DNA of 64,000 nt, taken from NCBI GenBank assembly GCA_040772485.1, contig JAXGYC010000007.1:576001-640000 (forward strand). The letters are read 5' to 3'. Positions within the stretch are counted from its first letter, which is position 1. Every line of letters begins with the position of its first letter. Shown piece by piece: positions 9,314-19,400 of this stretch. The DNA comes from Sedimentisphaerales bacterium. GTDB taxonomy: Bacteria > Planctomycetota > Phycisphaerae > Sedimentisphaerales > Anaerobacaceae. Below the pieces are notes generated by a model. It saw only the letters and a list, made by a program, of their open reading frames with translations, was not told the origin of the DNA and searched no databases. The position numbers and the translations under genes were made by a program.

Positions 9314-10221
9314 GGTTCGTCCTCGAAGACATCAAGCACCGGGTTGAAGCTCGGGGACCATTCAGACCATTCCATGTCCTCGAAGTAGGCAACGAACTCG
9401 CCGTTGCGGTAGTAGCCTTTGTTGCCCGGACGCGGGCGGAGCGACTCGTTGCCCGGGACCTTGCGATAGAACGCGTACCGCGCGAGGTTCTCGTCCTTCA
9501 TCGCGTCGATCTGAAGAACGGAGCCATAAATCTGCTTGTCCTCAACCACGCGCTGGCGGGCATGGACCAGTTCGTGGGCCAGACCGACCAGCGGCGGGAA
9601 CGTATCCCACGCGACCGGCGCGCCGTAGGCTCGGGTGATGGTCGGGTTCCACAGCACGGTCGCCGAGGGCTGCTGGCAGATATTCTCTCCGTCCGTAAAT
9701 TCGATGTGCGGCGACTTGTACGCTCGGGCGAACCGGTCGTAGACCAGCGGACGGCTCTCGATGGCCGCCACGGTGTCGCGAACGCTCGGGCAGATATACA
9801 GCAGCGCCTGGAGCGGCCAGAAGATCTCTTCGTCGCCCAGGCACAGCGCCCAGCCGGTCTGCTCGGTCTTCTGCGCCGACAGATTCGGATCGTTGCGGGC
9901 GTAGGTGCACCACGCGTCGATGTCCACAAAGCTCTGCGTCCAGCGCAGGTTGTCGTCCTCGCCGAAGCAGGCGAACGTCAGCATCGCGACCCCGTTGGCG
10001 TCGACCACCGCGCGCGGATCGGCCAGGTCCAGAAAGCCATAGGAAAAGGTGATCACATTCGGATCGGTCGCTTTCGCCTGCGCAGCAGCACATGCCGGCA
10101 AGACCAGCGTGGCAACAGCACAGACCCACAGGGACAACCACAACACACGGACCGCACACCGCTGTTCGGCGGTCCACAATCCAAGCATGGTCCGACCTGT
10201 CTTGTGATGCCTCATCGCCAC
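9310..10221 (-). CDS. Exported HExxH zinc metalloprotease-like protein (M91-like)
   Basis: Hydrophobic N-terminal segment; GLAHELVHA followed by AMKDENLAR; 4-bp overlap with the GLUG gene; exact start uncertain. Confidence 0.65.
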   Translation of the reverse strand: MAMRHHKTGRTMLGLWTAEQRCAVRVLWLSLWVCAVATLVLPACAAAQAKATDPNVITFSYGFLDLADPRAVVDANGVAMLTFACFGEDDNLRWTQSFVDIDAWCTYARNDPNLSAQKTEQTGWALCLGDEEIFWPLQALLYICPSVRDTVAAIESRPLVYDRFARAYKSPHIEFTDGENICQQPSATVLWNPTITRAYGAPVAWDTFPPLVGLAHELVHARQRVVEDKQIYGSVLQIDAMKDENLARYAFYRKVPGNESLRPRPGNKGYYRNGEFVAYFEDMEWSEWSPSFNPVLDVFEDEP

Positions 10222-10329
10222 CTCCGGCCGCCTGTCCCGCCGGGAGCCGTTTCGATCAGCGCATACAGAAAGCCTTCACAGACCATCATAGCAGATGAGC
10301 GGCTCGATTTCCATCCCTCTGATGTGCGA

Positions 10330-11277
10330 TCAACTGAAGGCGTTGCGCAGAAGCTTCAGACCCTTGGGGACAGCGGTCTGCCAGTCCTCGTTGCCCTCGA
10401 ATTCGAGCGAGACATAGCCCTGGAAGCCGTGCTTCCGCATCAGCCGTCCGATGCGAGGATAGTCGAGGTCGAGCGTGTACCAGAGGCCTCCGCCGTAGTA
10501 GGTTTTGGCCTGCATGAACACCGTCTTCGGGGCGCACATTTCGAGCTTGTCGTAAGGGTCTTCGAGGAAGTTGCCGGTGTCGAGCAGGACCTGGAGCCAG
10601 GGCGAGTCGATCGCCTTGACGATCCGCAGGAGTCCTTCGGGCGTCCGCGCGAGGCCCCAATGGTTCTCCAGCCCCAGGATCACGCCGCACTCCTCGGCCT
10701 TGGGCAGACACTTCTCAATCGCGTCGATCACCCACTTGAAGCCCTCGTCCTCCGTGTGTCCCGGCAGGACCGGCTCGATGCCGCGATGGGCCATCAGTTC
10801 GTCGAAGTTGCCGCTGGTGCCCCAGCGCCCGGTGTTGATGCGGACAATCGGCACGCCGAGCTGATAGGCGATCTCGATCTGCTGAATCGTTAGATCGACG
10901 TTCTTCTGACGCCGGGCCTCGTCGGGCGAGACAAACCCCTGATGCGTGGACATGCAGCACAGGTCCAGCCCGTTGATCAGGGCGTGACGTTTGATTTTGT
11001 TGAGCGCGCCTTTGCTCTGGTCGTCCATCTGGATCAGCAGGATATCCACGCCGTCGAATCCCATCCGGGCGGCATGGTCGATGCACTCGACGATGGGCAT
11101 CTTCTGGTTGTCTTTGAACCGCCAGAAGGAATACGTCGCGACAGCGATCGGGTTGGGCCGTCCGCTCTGATCGGCATTCGACGCCGATGATTGTCCCATG
11201 GCCCGGTTGGAGATTGCCGCACTGGCCAGCACCGCGCCGGCACCCGCCAGAAACGCCCTTCGATTCACTGCATCCAT
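10330..11277 (-). CDS. Tat-exported sugar phosphate isomerase/epimerase (xylose isomerase-like TIM barrel)
   Basis: NRRAFL Tat motif, GFDGVD, LGLENHWG, LLDTGNF, SLEFEG. Confidence 0.9.
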   Translation of the reverse strand: MDAVNRRAFLAGAGAVLASAAISNRAMGQSSASNADQSGRPNPIAVATYSFWRFKDNQKMPIVECIDHAARMGFDGVDILLIQMDDQSKGALNKIKRHALINGLDLCCMSTHQGFVSPDEARRQKNVDLTIQQIEIAYQLGVPIVRINTGRWGTSGNFDELMAHRGIEPVLPGHTEDEGFKWVIDAIEKCLPKAEECGVILGLENHWGLARTPEGLLRIVKAIDSPWLQVLLDTGNFLEDPYDKLEMCAPKTVFMQAKTYYGGGLWYTLDLDYPRIGRLMRKHGFQGYVSLEFEGNEDWQTAVPKGLKLLRNAFS

Positions 11278-11312
11278 CGTACCCATCCTTTCTCGCCGGC
11301 TGAAGCCGGAGT

Positions 11313-11429
11313 CCCAGGTTTGAAGTTTCAAGTCTGAAGTTTGAAGGACGCCGACTTCCCACTTCACCCTTTACACTTCACACTTGCCACTTCACACTTA
11401 ACGCTTCAAACCTGACACTTCAAACTGGG
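11313..11429. repeat. Asymmetric inverted heptamer tandem-repeat element (GTTTGAA x4 / ACTTCAM x about 10)
   Basis: 7-bp periodicity on both arms; outer inverted repeat cccag-gtttgaagt ... acttcaaac-tggg. Confidence 0.8.
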
Positions 11430-11433
11430 TATT

Positions 11434-12765
11434 CTACGTCAATTGCTCCGGCCGGACAAGCGAGCCCGACCGGATTTTCGCCGCCACCTGCATCAGCCTC
11501 GGCAACGCGTAATCAAAGAACCGCTGATAGCTCTCGCAGAAGCAGCTTTCGCGACTGCGACTGTCCCGTGGCGAGGGCATCCTGCCCTTGTCTTCTGTGG
11601 CGAGGGCATCCTGCCCTTGCTCTTCTGTGGCGAGGGCATCTTGCCCTTGCTCTTCTGTGGCGAGGGCATCTTGCCCTTGTTCCTCTGTGGCGAGGGCATC
11701 TTGCCCTTGTTCCTTTCTCACCGGCAGATTGCCGGCGGGACGCAAGGGCGGGACGCCCTCGCCACGAGGAGCGCGGTCCTTCATGCACCCGCCACGACAG
11801 ACCGCCAGGTGCCGGCACACCAGACATTTGTTGGACAAATCCTGTTTCTTGCGGGCGAAGGTCTTCTTCCTGGCAGAGGCCGCGATTTGCCCGATAGACG
11901 TCTCGAGAATGTTGCCGAGACGCCATTGAGGCTCGACGAAGAAATCGCAAGGGAAGACGTCGCCCGTGTGCTCGATGACGATGTACTGGCTGCACTGGCG
12001 GTCGAACGTGCAGATCGTGTGCCGTCCGCCGATACAATAGCTCAGCAGCGAATCGAAATCGCGGACGCTGAGTTTGTCCGGTCCGACCTCCAGCCAGCGG
12101 TCGAAGATGCGACACAGGAACCGTCCGTACTGCTCCGGCGAGACGGAAAAACCGGCGATCTGCCCGGCCTGCGGATCGACTTCCACGCACGGAATGAATT
12201 GCAGATAGCGGACGCCCAGACCGAGGAGGAAATCGAAGATCTCGTCGGGATGCTCGGCGGTGAGGTTGTTGACCAACGTCAGCGTGTTGAACTCGACCTC
12301 GTGCCGCTTGCAGCAGTCGATGGCCCGCATGACACGGTCCCACGTGCCGTGGCCGCCCAAGTCGAGCCGATAGTGATCGTGCAGTTCCCTGGGACCATCG
12401 ATGCTGATGCCCACGAGGAACCTGGCCTCGTGCAGGAACCTGCACCACTCGTCGTCCAGGAGGATGGCGTTGGTCTGGAGCGAGTTGCCCACCTGCTGGC
12501 CCGAGACGCCATACTTGACCTGCCACTCGACCGCGTTGCGGTAGAAATCCAGACCCATCAGCGTCGGCTCGCCCCCCTGCCAAGCAAAGCCCGACATCGG
12601 GAAGCGCAGTTCCATGTAGTCCTTGACGAGCCTGTGAAGGACCTCCTCGCTCATCCGCTGGCGGCCCTGCCCGATCTCCGCGGCGCGGCAGCGATAGAAG
12701 CAGTACTCGCACGCGACGTTGCAGTCGGAGCCGGAAGGCTTGATCAGGAGCGTGAATGGCTGCAT
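11434..12765 (-). CDS. Anaerobic sulfatase maturase (radical SAM/SPASM) with in-frame repeat insertion
   Basis: IKPSGSDCNVACEYCFY, FAWQGGEPTL, SIDGP, SPASM Cys motifs CTFDRQC, GDVFPCD, CLVCRHLAVCRGGC. Confidence 0.92.
   Translation of the reverse strand: MQPFTLLIKPSGSDCNVACEYCFYRCRAAEIGQGRQRMSEEVLHRLVKDYMELRFPMSGFAWQGGEPTLMGLDFYRNAVEWQVKYGVSGQQVGNSLQTNAILLDDEWCRFLHEARFLVGISIDGPRELHDHYRLDLGGHGTWDRVMRAIDCCKRHEVEFNTLTLVNNLTAEHPDEIFDFLLGLGVRYLQFIPCVEVDPQAGQIAGFSVSPEQYGRFLCRIFDRWLEVGPDKLSVRDFDSLLSYCIGGRHTICTFDRQCSQYIVIEHTGDVFPCDFFVEPQWRLGNILETSIGQIAASARKKTFARKKQDLSNKCLVCRHLAVCRGGCMKDRAPRGEGVPPLRPAGNLPVRKEQGQDALATEEQGQDALATEEQGQDALATEEQGQDALATEDKGRMPSPRDSRSRESCFCESYQRFFDYALPRLMQVAAKIRSGSLVRPEQLT
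11568..11765. repeat. REP array: five direct copies of GTGGCGAGGGCATCYTGCCCTTG plus one inverted copy
   Basis: Copies start at 11568, 11597, 11627, 11657, 11687; inverted copy 11743-11765; total span 198 bp. Confidence 0.92.
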
Positions 12766-12775
12766 CGACTCGTCC

Positions 12776-14764
12776 CTACGGTTTCGCCGGCTCGATCCGG
12801 AGCGTCCAGGTGTCCTTGAGCGGAGGCTTGTCCGCCTTCAGGAGAATCCTCGCGATCTTCTCGGGCCAGACCGCGCGAAGCCTGCCGTCCTCGACATCGA
12901 TCACCTCGATCGTCGCGGCCAGTTCGCCCGGATCGTACAGCACCTGCGCCAACTCGTCCTCATCGGAAGTCGCCAGCACAATCTGTCCCGGCGTGCGAAC
13001 CTCCGCCTTGCACGGGGTCATCAGGCTCAGCGTGATCTGCCCGGCCGGCTGGGCAAGCGAGTAATCCTCGACAATGGTAACATCGCGACCTCGATTCAAC
13101 GTGATCGTGCGGACCCACGATTTCAGATGCAACTGCTCGGGATATGCGCCGGCGATATCGAGCGTAAGCTGGGCCATCGCATCGTCGGACCGATAGCGAA
13201 CGTTTCGGGCGGCGAACTGCCTGCCCGGCGACTGCATCACACCGTCGATGGTCGGCAGACTGTGGTAGGCCGACTGCATCGTCCAGATCTCGTAGCGTTG
13301 CGCGCTGAACGTCTTTCGGCTGTACGTTTCGACGCCGATGTCGATAATGACCGGCTCGCCGCCGATGTAAACGATGAAGTTGCCTACGTCGTTGTGGTTG
13401 TGGCTCTCGGCGTTGTGTCCGCCTTTCGCTGCAACGTAAAGGCCCTCGGTGCTTCCCTCGCGATCTCGGGCGGCCATCACCTGAATCCCGTCCATCCAGA
13501 CGTCGCGCACCAGGGGCAGTTTCGCCTGGGCCTCGTCCAGTTCCGCAGCGCCGAAGATTGCCGCCAGATATCGACCGATCCCATAGCCCGGCTTGCCCTT
13601 GAACGCCTGGGCCATGCCTCCCGATTCGGCGAAGAAGTGGGCGGCGAAGCCCATGAGCTTGTCGTCGCCGATGCTCTTGCCGTATCGGTAGACCAGCGAC
13701 TCGGGGATGCCGCCTTTGGCCGAGGCATCGGCGAAGTTGACGAAGTAGCGGTCGGCGATATGCACGCGAAAGATGTACCGGCCGATCTGCTGAATCAGCG
13801 GCTTGTCGTAGACGTCGATCGCCCCGGCGCTGGCGCTCTGCAGCAGATCGAGGCAATCGTACAGCGACGCGCCGGCCCGGCCCCAGTAGCCCGGCCCCTC
13901 GTCGCAGCCACCGTCGTCCTCGTAGGCATCGAGGAAATGGTCGAGGCTGCGGACGATCTTCGCCACCGCCGCCACACGCCGGGGCTCGTTGGGCTCGATC
14001 AGCAGCGCCGAGACCAGCCAGTTCGAGTTGCACCACGGATTCCAGTTGTTGACGCGTCCGCCGCGAAAGCCCATCCAGCCGAAATCGTCACGCTCGAGGC
14101 ACGGCGTCAAGATGCGTCGGTCGACCTCCAACACGATCCGCCGGCGAATCAGGGGCGAGACCTCGTCGAGCTGCTCGCCCACCAGGTAGCTGGTCCAGGC
14201 CAGACTCTCGGAGCTCTCGGCCGCAAACAGATCGACGATCGGCTCTTCGCAGTCGGGCAGGCCCGAGCCGGCCTTCTGCGCGCCAATGTGCGCGGGCACA
14301 CCCCAGAAGGACTCCTCACAGAGGGCCCAGACGCCGTTGGCGATGTCGTCGAGAAATCGGCCCTGGTTTTCGACGCACTCGGCGATCACCAGCGCGGTCA
14401 GCGCGCTGCGCCGGGCGAAATGCTCTCGCTCGTAGCGGCTGCGGTTGCCGTTGCGGGCGAATTCGAGAAACAGCGTCGCCGGCAGCGAAGGCCACTGGTA
14501 GCCGAGATACTCCTGACCGCCTGCGATCAGGTCCTTGCGAACCTCCTCCGGCAGGCTCTCCCACGCCCGGCGCTCGCTGCACCTGGGCCACGGACGCCAT
14601 CGGTCGCGAGAGACCAGCACCTGCTCGACTTTCTCCTGTGGATACAGCTCGCGCAGCTTGAAACGTTCCTCTGCGGCGAATGTCGGTCCCGTGAACATCA
14701 CCAACAACAGCAGCGTGCCCGCTGCAACGGCGGATAGTGTCATAGCTGTGCGTCTTGTGCGCAT
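12776..14764 (-). CDS. Heparinase II/III family protein (secreted oligosaccharide lyase-like)
   Basis: Signal peptide; NNWNPWCNSN, DGGCDEGPGYW, AKGGHNAESHNHNDVGNF, SAYHSLPTIDG. Confidence 0.88.
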   Translation of the reverse strand: MRTRRTAMTLSAVAAGTLLLLVMFTGPTFAAEERFKLRELYPQEKVEQVLVSRDRWRPWPRCSERRAWESLPEEVRKDLIAGGQEYLGYQWPSLPATLFLEFARNGNRSRYEREHFARRSALTALVIAECVENQGRFLDDIANGVWALCEESFWGVPAHIGAQKAGSGLPDCEEPIVDLFAAESSESLAWTSYLVGEQLDEVSPLIRRRIVLEVDRRILTPCLERDDFGWMGFRGGRVNNWNPWCNSNWLVSALLIEPNEPRRVAAVAKIVRSLDHFLDAYEDDGGCDEGPGYWGRAGASLYDCLDLLQSASAGAIDVYDKPLIQQIGRYIFRVHIADRYFVNFADASAKGGIPESLVYRYGKSIGDDKLMGFAAHFFAESGGMAQAFKGKPGYGIGRYLAAIFGAAELDEAQAKLPLVRDVWMDGIQVMAARDREGSTEGLYVAAKGGHNAESHNHNDVGNFIVYIGGEPVIIDIGVETYSRKTFSAQRYEIWTMQSAYHSLPTIDGVMQSPGRQFAARNVRYRSDDAMAQLTLDIAGAYPEQLHLKSWVRTITLNRGRDVTIVEDYSLAQPAGQITLSLMTPCKAEVRTPGQIVLATSDEDELAQVLYDPGELAATIEVIDVEDGRLRAVWPEKIARILLKADKPPLKDTWTLRIEPAKP

Positions 14765-14788
14765 GTGTGCCTCCTGATCCTGTGTCGC

Positions 14789-16204
14789 CTACTTCTGTTC
14801 GGGCGGATCGACTTGGCGAAAGCGCGGAATCACCTCGACGACGGACAGGCCCGAAAGGTCGCCGCTGAGCATGAAGGGCCGGTGGCCCACGACGATCGAC
14901 ATTCGGTTCGGGACCGCCTCCGCACCACGCTGGTCCGCCCAGTCGCGAAAGCCCCGCCGCACAAGGCCGGCGTCGTGACCCAGCCGCCGGACCAGCACGG
15001 GCGTCTCGGGTCGCTCGGTTTGCAGGACGATCTGGCGGTCCTGATCGTCGTCCGACCACAGTGTCCAGTAGTCGCGGCCCTCGCGCGTGAAGCGCAATCC
15101 CCGCACGTGCTCGTCGGGCGTCTCGATGCGGCCGATGTACTGCCCCTTGCCGACGAGCTGCGAGATGTCCGCCATGACATAGTAGGCCGCCTTGGGCGTC
15201 AGGTCGGGCCGCACCAGGCCGAAGTTGTCCTCGTTGTATTTCGGGTTCCAGCCGTCGTCCTGAAAATCGTACCACCACAAGCCCTTGTAGGAGTCGGACG
15301 TGCGCGCCAGCAGATAGAGCCTCGCCAGATACGACGCGGACAACTCCGGATCGGTGCCCCCCTTGGTCACGTGCGTGGGCCAGCCCATCTCCGTGACATA
15401 GAACGGGACATCCCTGCCGTCGTGGTAGCCCCGCAGCATGTCCTGGACACCGGTCATCCAGACCGAGCAGGCCTCGGGCCCTCGCTGCGGAAATGGTTCG
15501 CTGTAGTTGTAGCTATGGATTGAGATTGCATCGCAGTAGTCGAGCGCGCCGAGCTTGACGATCTCTTCGAGCCAGCCTTTCTTGACGGCGCCGCTGGTCG
15601 ATGCGCCCGCGATCACCGTCACGTTCAGATCGACCCCCTTGATCCTCGGATAGACGGCCTTGAGCAGCTTCACATAGCTCTCGGGCGAGCCTTCCTTGCG
15701 ATGGCGCTCGGGCAATCCGATGGGGATGTCCCACTCGTTCCATATCTCGTACAGCCGCACGTCCTTGCCGAAGTGGCGCACGACGAATTCGCTGTACCGG
15801 CAGAAACCCTCGATCGCCTCGGGCGATTGGGGCCGGTCGGCGTCATCGTAAAAGCGATTGCCATAGTCGAGGATGAGCAGAACGTTCAGGCCCCGCGCCG
15901 CCGCCCGGCGAACATACGTGTCGTACCGCTCGGGCATCTGGAGCCGGTCCTTCTGGGCTTCGACGGCGCCCCAGCCGACCTCGTCGCGGATCGCGCTGAT
16001 GCCGGCGCTTTTGAGACTGTCGAGATTCGATTCGAGAATGCCCTTGCCCTGGCTGAAATGCGTGCAGGCCCCCACCTGAAACCGCCAAGGCTCGATGACG
16101 GGCGCCAGAGCCCCTTGCTGCGCCAAGGCGGCCACCGCAATCAGCAGCACGCCCATCACACCGGCCAATCGCCCCGGCAAGCGATGTCGTTCATCCATCG
16201 GCAT
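14789..16204 (-). CDS. Clan GH-A glycoside hydrolase (GH5/GH39-like), secreted
   Basis: Signal peptide; acid/base motif YEIWNEWD, DAISIHSY, nucleophile motif FYVTEMGWPT, EDNFGL. Confidence 0.85.
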   Translation of the reverse strand: MPMDERHRLPGRLAGVMGVLLIAVAALAQQGALAPVIEPWRFQVGACTHFSQGKGILESNLDSLKSAGISAIRDEVGWGAVEAQKDRLQMPERYDTYVRRAAARGLNVLLILDYGNRFYDDADRPQSPEAIEGFCRYSEFVVRHFGKDVRLYEIWNEWDIPIGLPERHRKEGSPESYVKLLKAVYPRIKGVDLNVTVIAGASTSGAVKKGWLEEIVKLGALDYCDAISIHSYNYSEPFPQRGPEACSVWMTGVQDMLRGYHDGRDVPFYVTEMGWPTHVTKGGTDPELSASYLARLYLLARTSDSYKGLWWYDFQDDGWNPKYNEDNFGLVRPDLTPKAAYYVMADISQLVGKGQYIGRIETPDEHVRGLRFTREGRDYWTLWSDDDQDRQIVLQTERPETPVLVRRLGHDAGLVRRGFRDWADQRGAEAVPNRMSIVVGHRPFMLSGDLSGLSVVEVIPRFRQVDPPEQK

Positions 16205-16342
16205 CTCCTTCTATGCCCCTCTCCCACCATGCACCCCATTCGACTTCGCCTGGCATAGACCTTCCAGCCGGGCGAAGCGTGTACGAATCTCCGAGATCAT
16301 GATACCAGCAGAGGCAATGGGTCGCCACGCCTTTTACTTGGC

Positions 16343-16436
16343 GTGTGGCAGCGGTAAGCGTAGCAGCGCGCAGCTTGCCGATGGCATGGATCGCGCGCGT
16401 AGCACCATCGGCAAGCGGCGATTGCCGCTGCCACAC
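16343..16436. repeat. GTGGCA...TGCCAC REP doublet / long hairpin (family C architecture)
   Basis: gtgtggcagcggtaa pairs with ttgccgctgccacac; gcttgccgatgg pairs with ccatcggcaagc. Confidence 0.75.
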
Positions 16437-16448
16437 ATACATGTTCGA

Positions 16449-19400
16449 TCAGTGGGTGCAGGCGGGTCCTTCGATGGGGTCGCCGAAGCCGTAGAAGCGA
16501 ATCGCCGGCGGAGTGTCCTCCCACTCGGTGGGCCGGCATTCGCGGGCACCGGTGGTGAAATAGATCAGGCGGATGTCCCTGGCCTTCAGCTCGTCCAGAA
16601 TCTGCGGCGAGATGCCGGGCTCCAGGGCGGGCTCGAAAAGGAAGTTCTTCGGGCACAGGTGCGACCCGCCGCCGACGCTTTGCGAGAAGAAACCCCTCAG
16701 CTCGATAGGCTCGCTCGTCAGGCCCTCGATCCGCGTTCGCTCGATCTGAATCGAGGTCGGAGACGATGGGTCCCAGCTCCATCGCATGTAGAACTCCACG
16801 TGGACGCAGACACCCGTGTTGGGGTCGTCCAGCTCGCACACGTCGAGCCAATCCTGCTCGCCCGGCTCCCAGGGGCGGTACAGCGTCGCCTCCTCCGTGG
16901 TCGCCAGTGCGTTCTCTCCCATCGGCACAGGCTGGTCATAGTCGACCTCGACCGCCAGCCGCACGTCGTCAATCGTGACGATCGGGTCGGACACGGTCTC
17001 GGCAAACGCCGGCGTCGTGCGAAGGCGAAACGTTCGCGGGTTGCACGAACCGTCCAGCCGCCAGGAGTCGACGAGGTCGTACCGGTCGGAATCCCACTGA
17101 GGCGCCTCGTACTCGTGCGTCGCGCCGGGCAATAGCGACATCGGCCCGGTGACCTCTTGCACGCGTCCGTCCGCGACGTACTCGATCTGCGCCTGATCGT
17201 AGAGGCATCGGTGCAGATTGTCGTCGTCGAGCCAGACGCTTGCCGGCGTCAGCGTCCATCGCGACTTGAGCCGGTGGTTGGTGAAGACATCGCTGCCCCT
17301 GCCCTGCAAGGTGCAGTACCGCCTGGCCTGGCCCAGCAGGAAGGGCGTGGTGTACTCGTCCTCGCCGGCTTGCGGAATCTCGCGAATCTGTTTGACGATG
17401 AGCCGGCCGCCGGGAGAGACCTTCTTGAACTCCAGGTCGAGCACGGGGCTGTCGGCGGGCTTGATCTGGCAGTACCTCTGGGCCGCCGCGACTACCAGCT
17501 CATACAAGCGGAGGTAATCGCTCTCCCATTCGAGAACGGTGTCGTCGCGAAGCGAGACCAGACTCGACCGCTGCACCACCCGGGGCATCGGTCCCATGAA
17601 CGACATACTGACCTGCACCGTCTCCGGCACGACGTCCGCCGGCGGGTTCGTCACGGAAACTGCCCCCTTCTGAGAGACGATCTCGATCTCCCAGTCCGCA
17701 TCGCGGACTCGCTCCATGGTCACGACGCCATTGGCCAGCTCGATCTCGTCGGGGAACGAGCCATGCACGAGCAGCGCCATGCCCACCTGCGACTCGTCGA
17801 TCTGATGCTTGAGCCGCTCCAGGAAAGCGTTGTCGTTGTAGAAGCTGGCGAAAACCTTGCGAATGGCACGAAAAACGCCGCGTTCCTTGCCCTCAGTCGG
17901 GTCGCACGCGCATGGGCCGCCCGAGTCGCCATCCAGATCATCGGCCAGGCATCCGCTGAAGCTGTCGTACAATCCCGCGCCGGTGAACCGGTCGCTATCC
18001 TCGACGTTCGTCGAGCTGCGGAAGCGAATCTTCTGATTCGGATCGAAACCGAACTCGCCCAGCGCGTCCAAAACGACCGTCTCCAGGTCGTCGCCGAACG
18101 AGGTGATGTGCGAATCGGTGAACCAGTCGCGAATCGTCGCCAGGTCCGCCGACAGAGCCTGCATGTCCGAGGGAGGGTATGTCACGTACTTCGACTGGCG
18201 CTGGGCGATCTGGTCGCGAAGCGTCGCGTCGAGCGCGGGACGGTCGAGAAACGCGTTCCACAGGTCGAAGGAGAAGGCCATCGCACGAGGCGAATCGTCC
18301 GGGATCGCATCGCGGAGTACGCCGAAGTTGGCGGCCTTGCCTCCGAAGCCCTCGATACTCTCCGGCCGCAAGTCGTTCGTATCCGCCCAGAAGCGTCCCT
18401 GATGGACCATCGGACGAATCGTCAGCGGAGGCGACTGTTTCAGAGCCAGCAGCGACGCACGATCCTCCGGACTGAGCGAACCGACGTCGAGCAGCTCGAT
18501 CCCGCTGCCCGAGCCGAACCGGTCCTCGGCCACGCTCAGGTAGACCGTGTGGCCCACCAGGCTTCGCGCCAGGGTGACATCGTCTGCGAGTGCCAGATGC
18601 ACGAACGGCACAGCCTGCGAACGGGCCAGGATCGCAACGTGCGAGTTGGGCGTTGCGGGCATCAGCGTAATGATGCCGCCTACCGAAGGCACCTCGGCGG
18701 GCACCCCATCTGTCAGGAGGATATCGTCGCACGTCAGGAGCCCGCGCGTGTACGCCGCCTGAATGTCCGACCCAACGACAGACTTCAACATCCCCAGCGA
18801 CCAGCCTTCGGAGTAGCTCGTGTTGCCCTGGGTCCATCGCGCCGTCGAGCCGACGGGAACACCCTGCTCCTGGAGCCACTGACGGTTCTGCTCGGCGACC
18901 GGATACTGTTCGTAGGTCGGGAAGTAGTACGCCGTGACGTTCGGCTCGGCGATCACCGAAGCACGCACCACGCTGAAGAGCCTCACGACCTCCTCGCGCG
19001 AGTACGCATCCTGACGCACGAGCTGAATTCCATACTCATTGATGGCCGGGCTTGCCCAGGGAGGGAGGATTACGGCGCCGAGGATGGCCTGCTGACCGCT
19101 CGCGTGCAGCGTCACCGCGTCGAACTGCTCGATCGTCATGCGCGCGAATGGATCGAGGCAGTCCACCGCGAAATCGTAGTGGTACTCATACTGCCCCGAA
19201 TCCTGGTAGTAGACGACGTTCGGATCGAAACCTTCGGCGATGACGATGGTGAACTTGACGTAGGCGGGAGAGGTCCAGCTCTGGAACGGCTCGTCCGGAA
19301 ATTGGATCTGGTTCTTCCAGGCGACTTCCGGATCGCCCGCGCCCGCGAGGACTGCCGCCGAAACCACCAGCACGCACAACAGCACAGGCAAACACCGATA

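Noticed and set aside
11568..11709. 30-bp periodic array as a CRISPR array
   Set aside because: Inter-repeat segments are only 6-7 bp and near-identical, the array lies inside a CDS, and there are no cas genes
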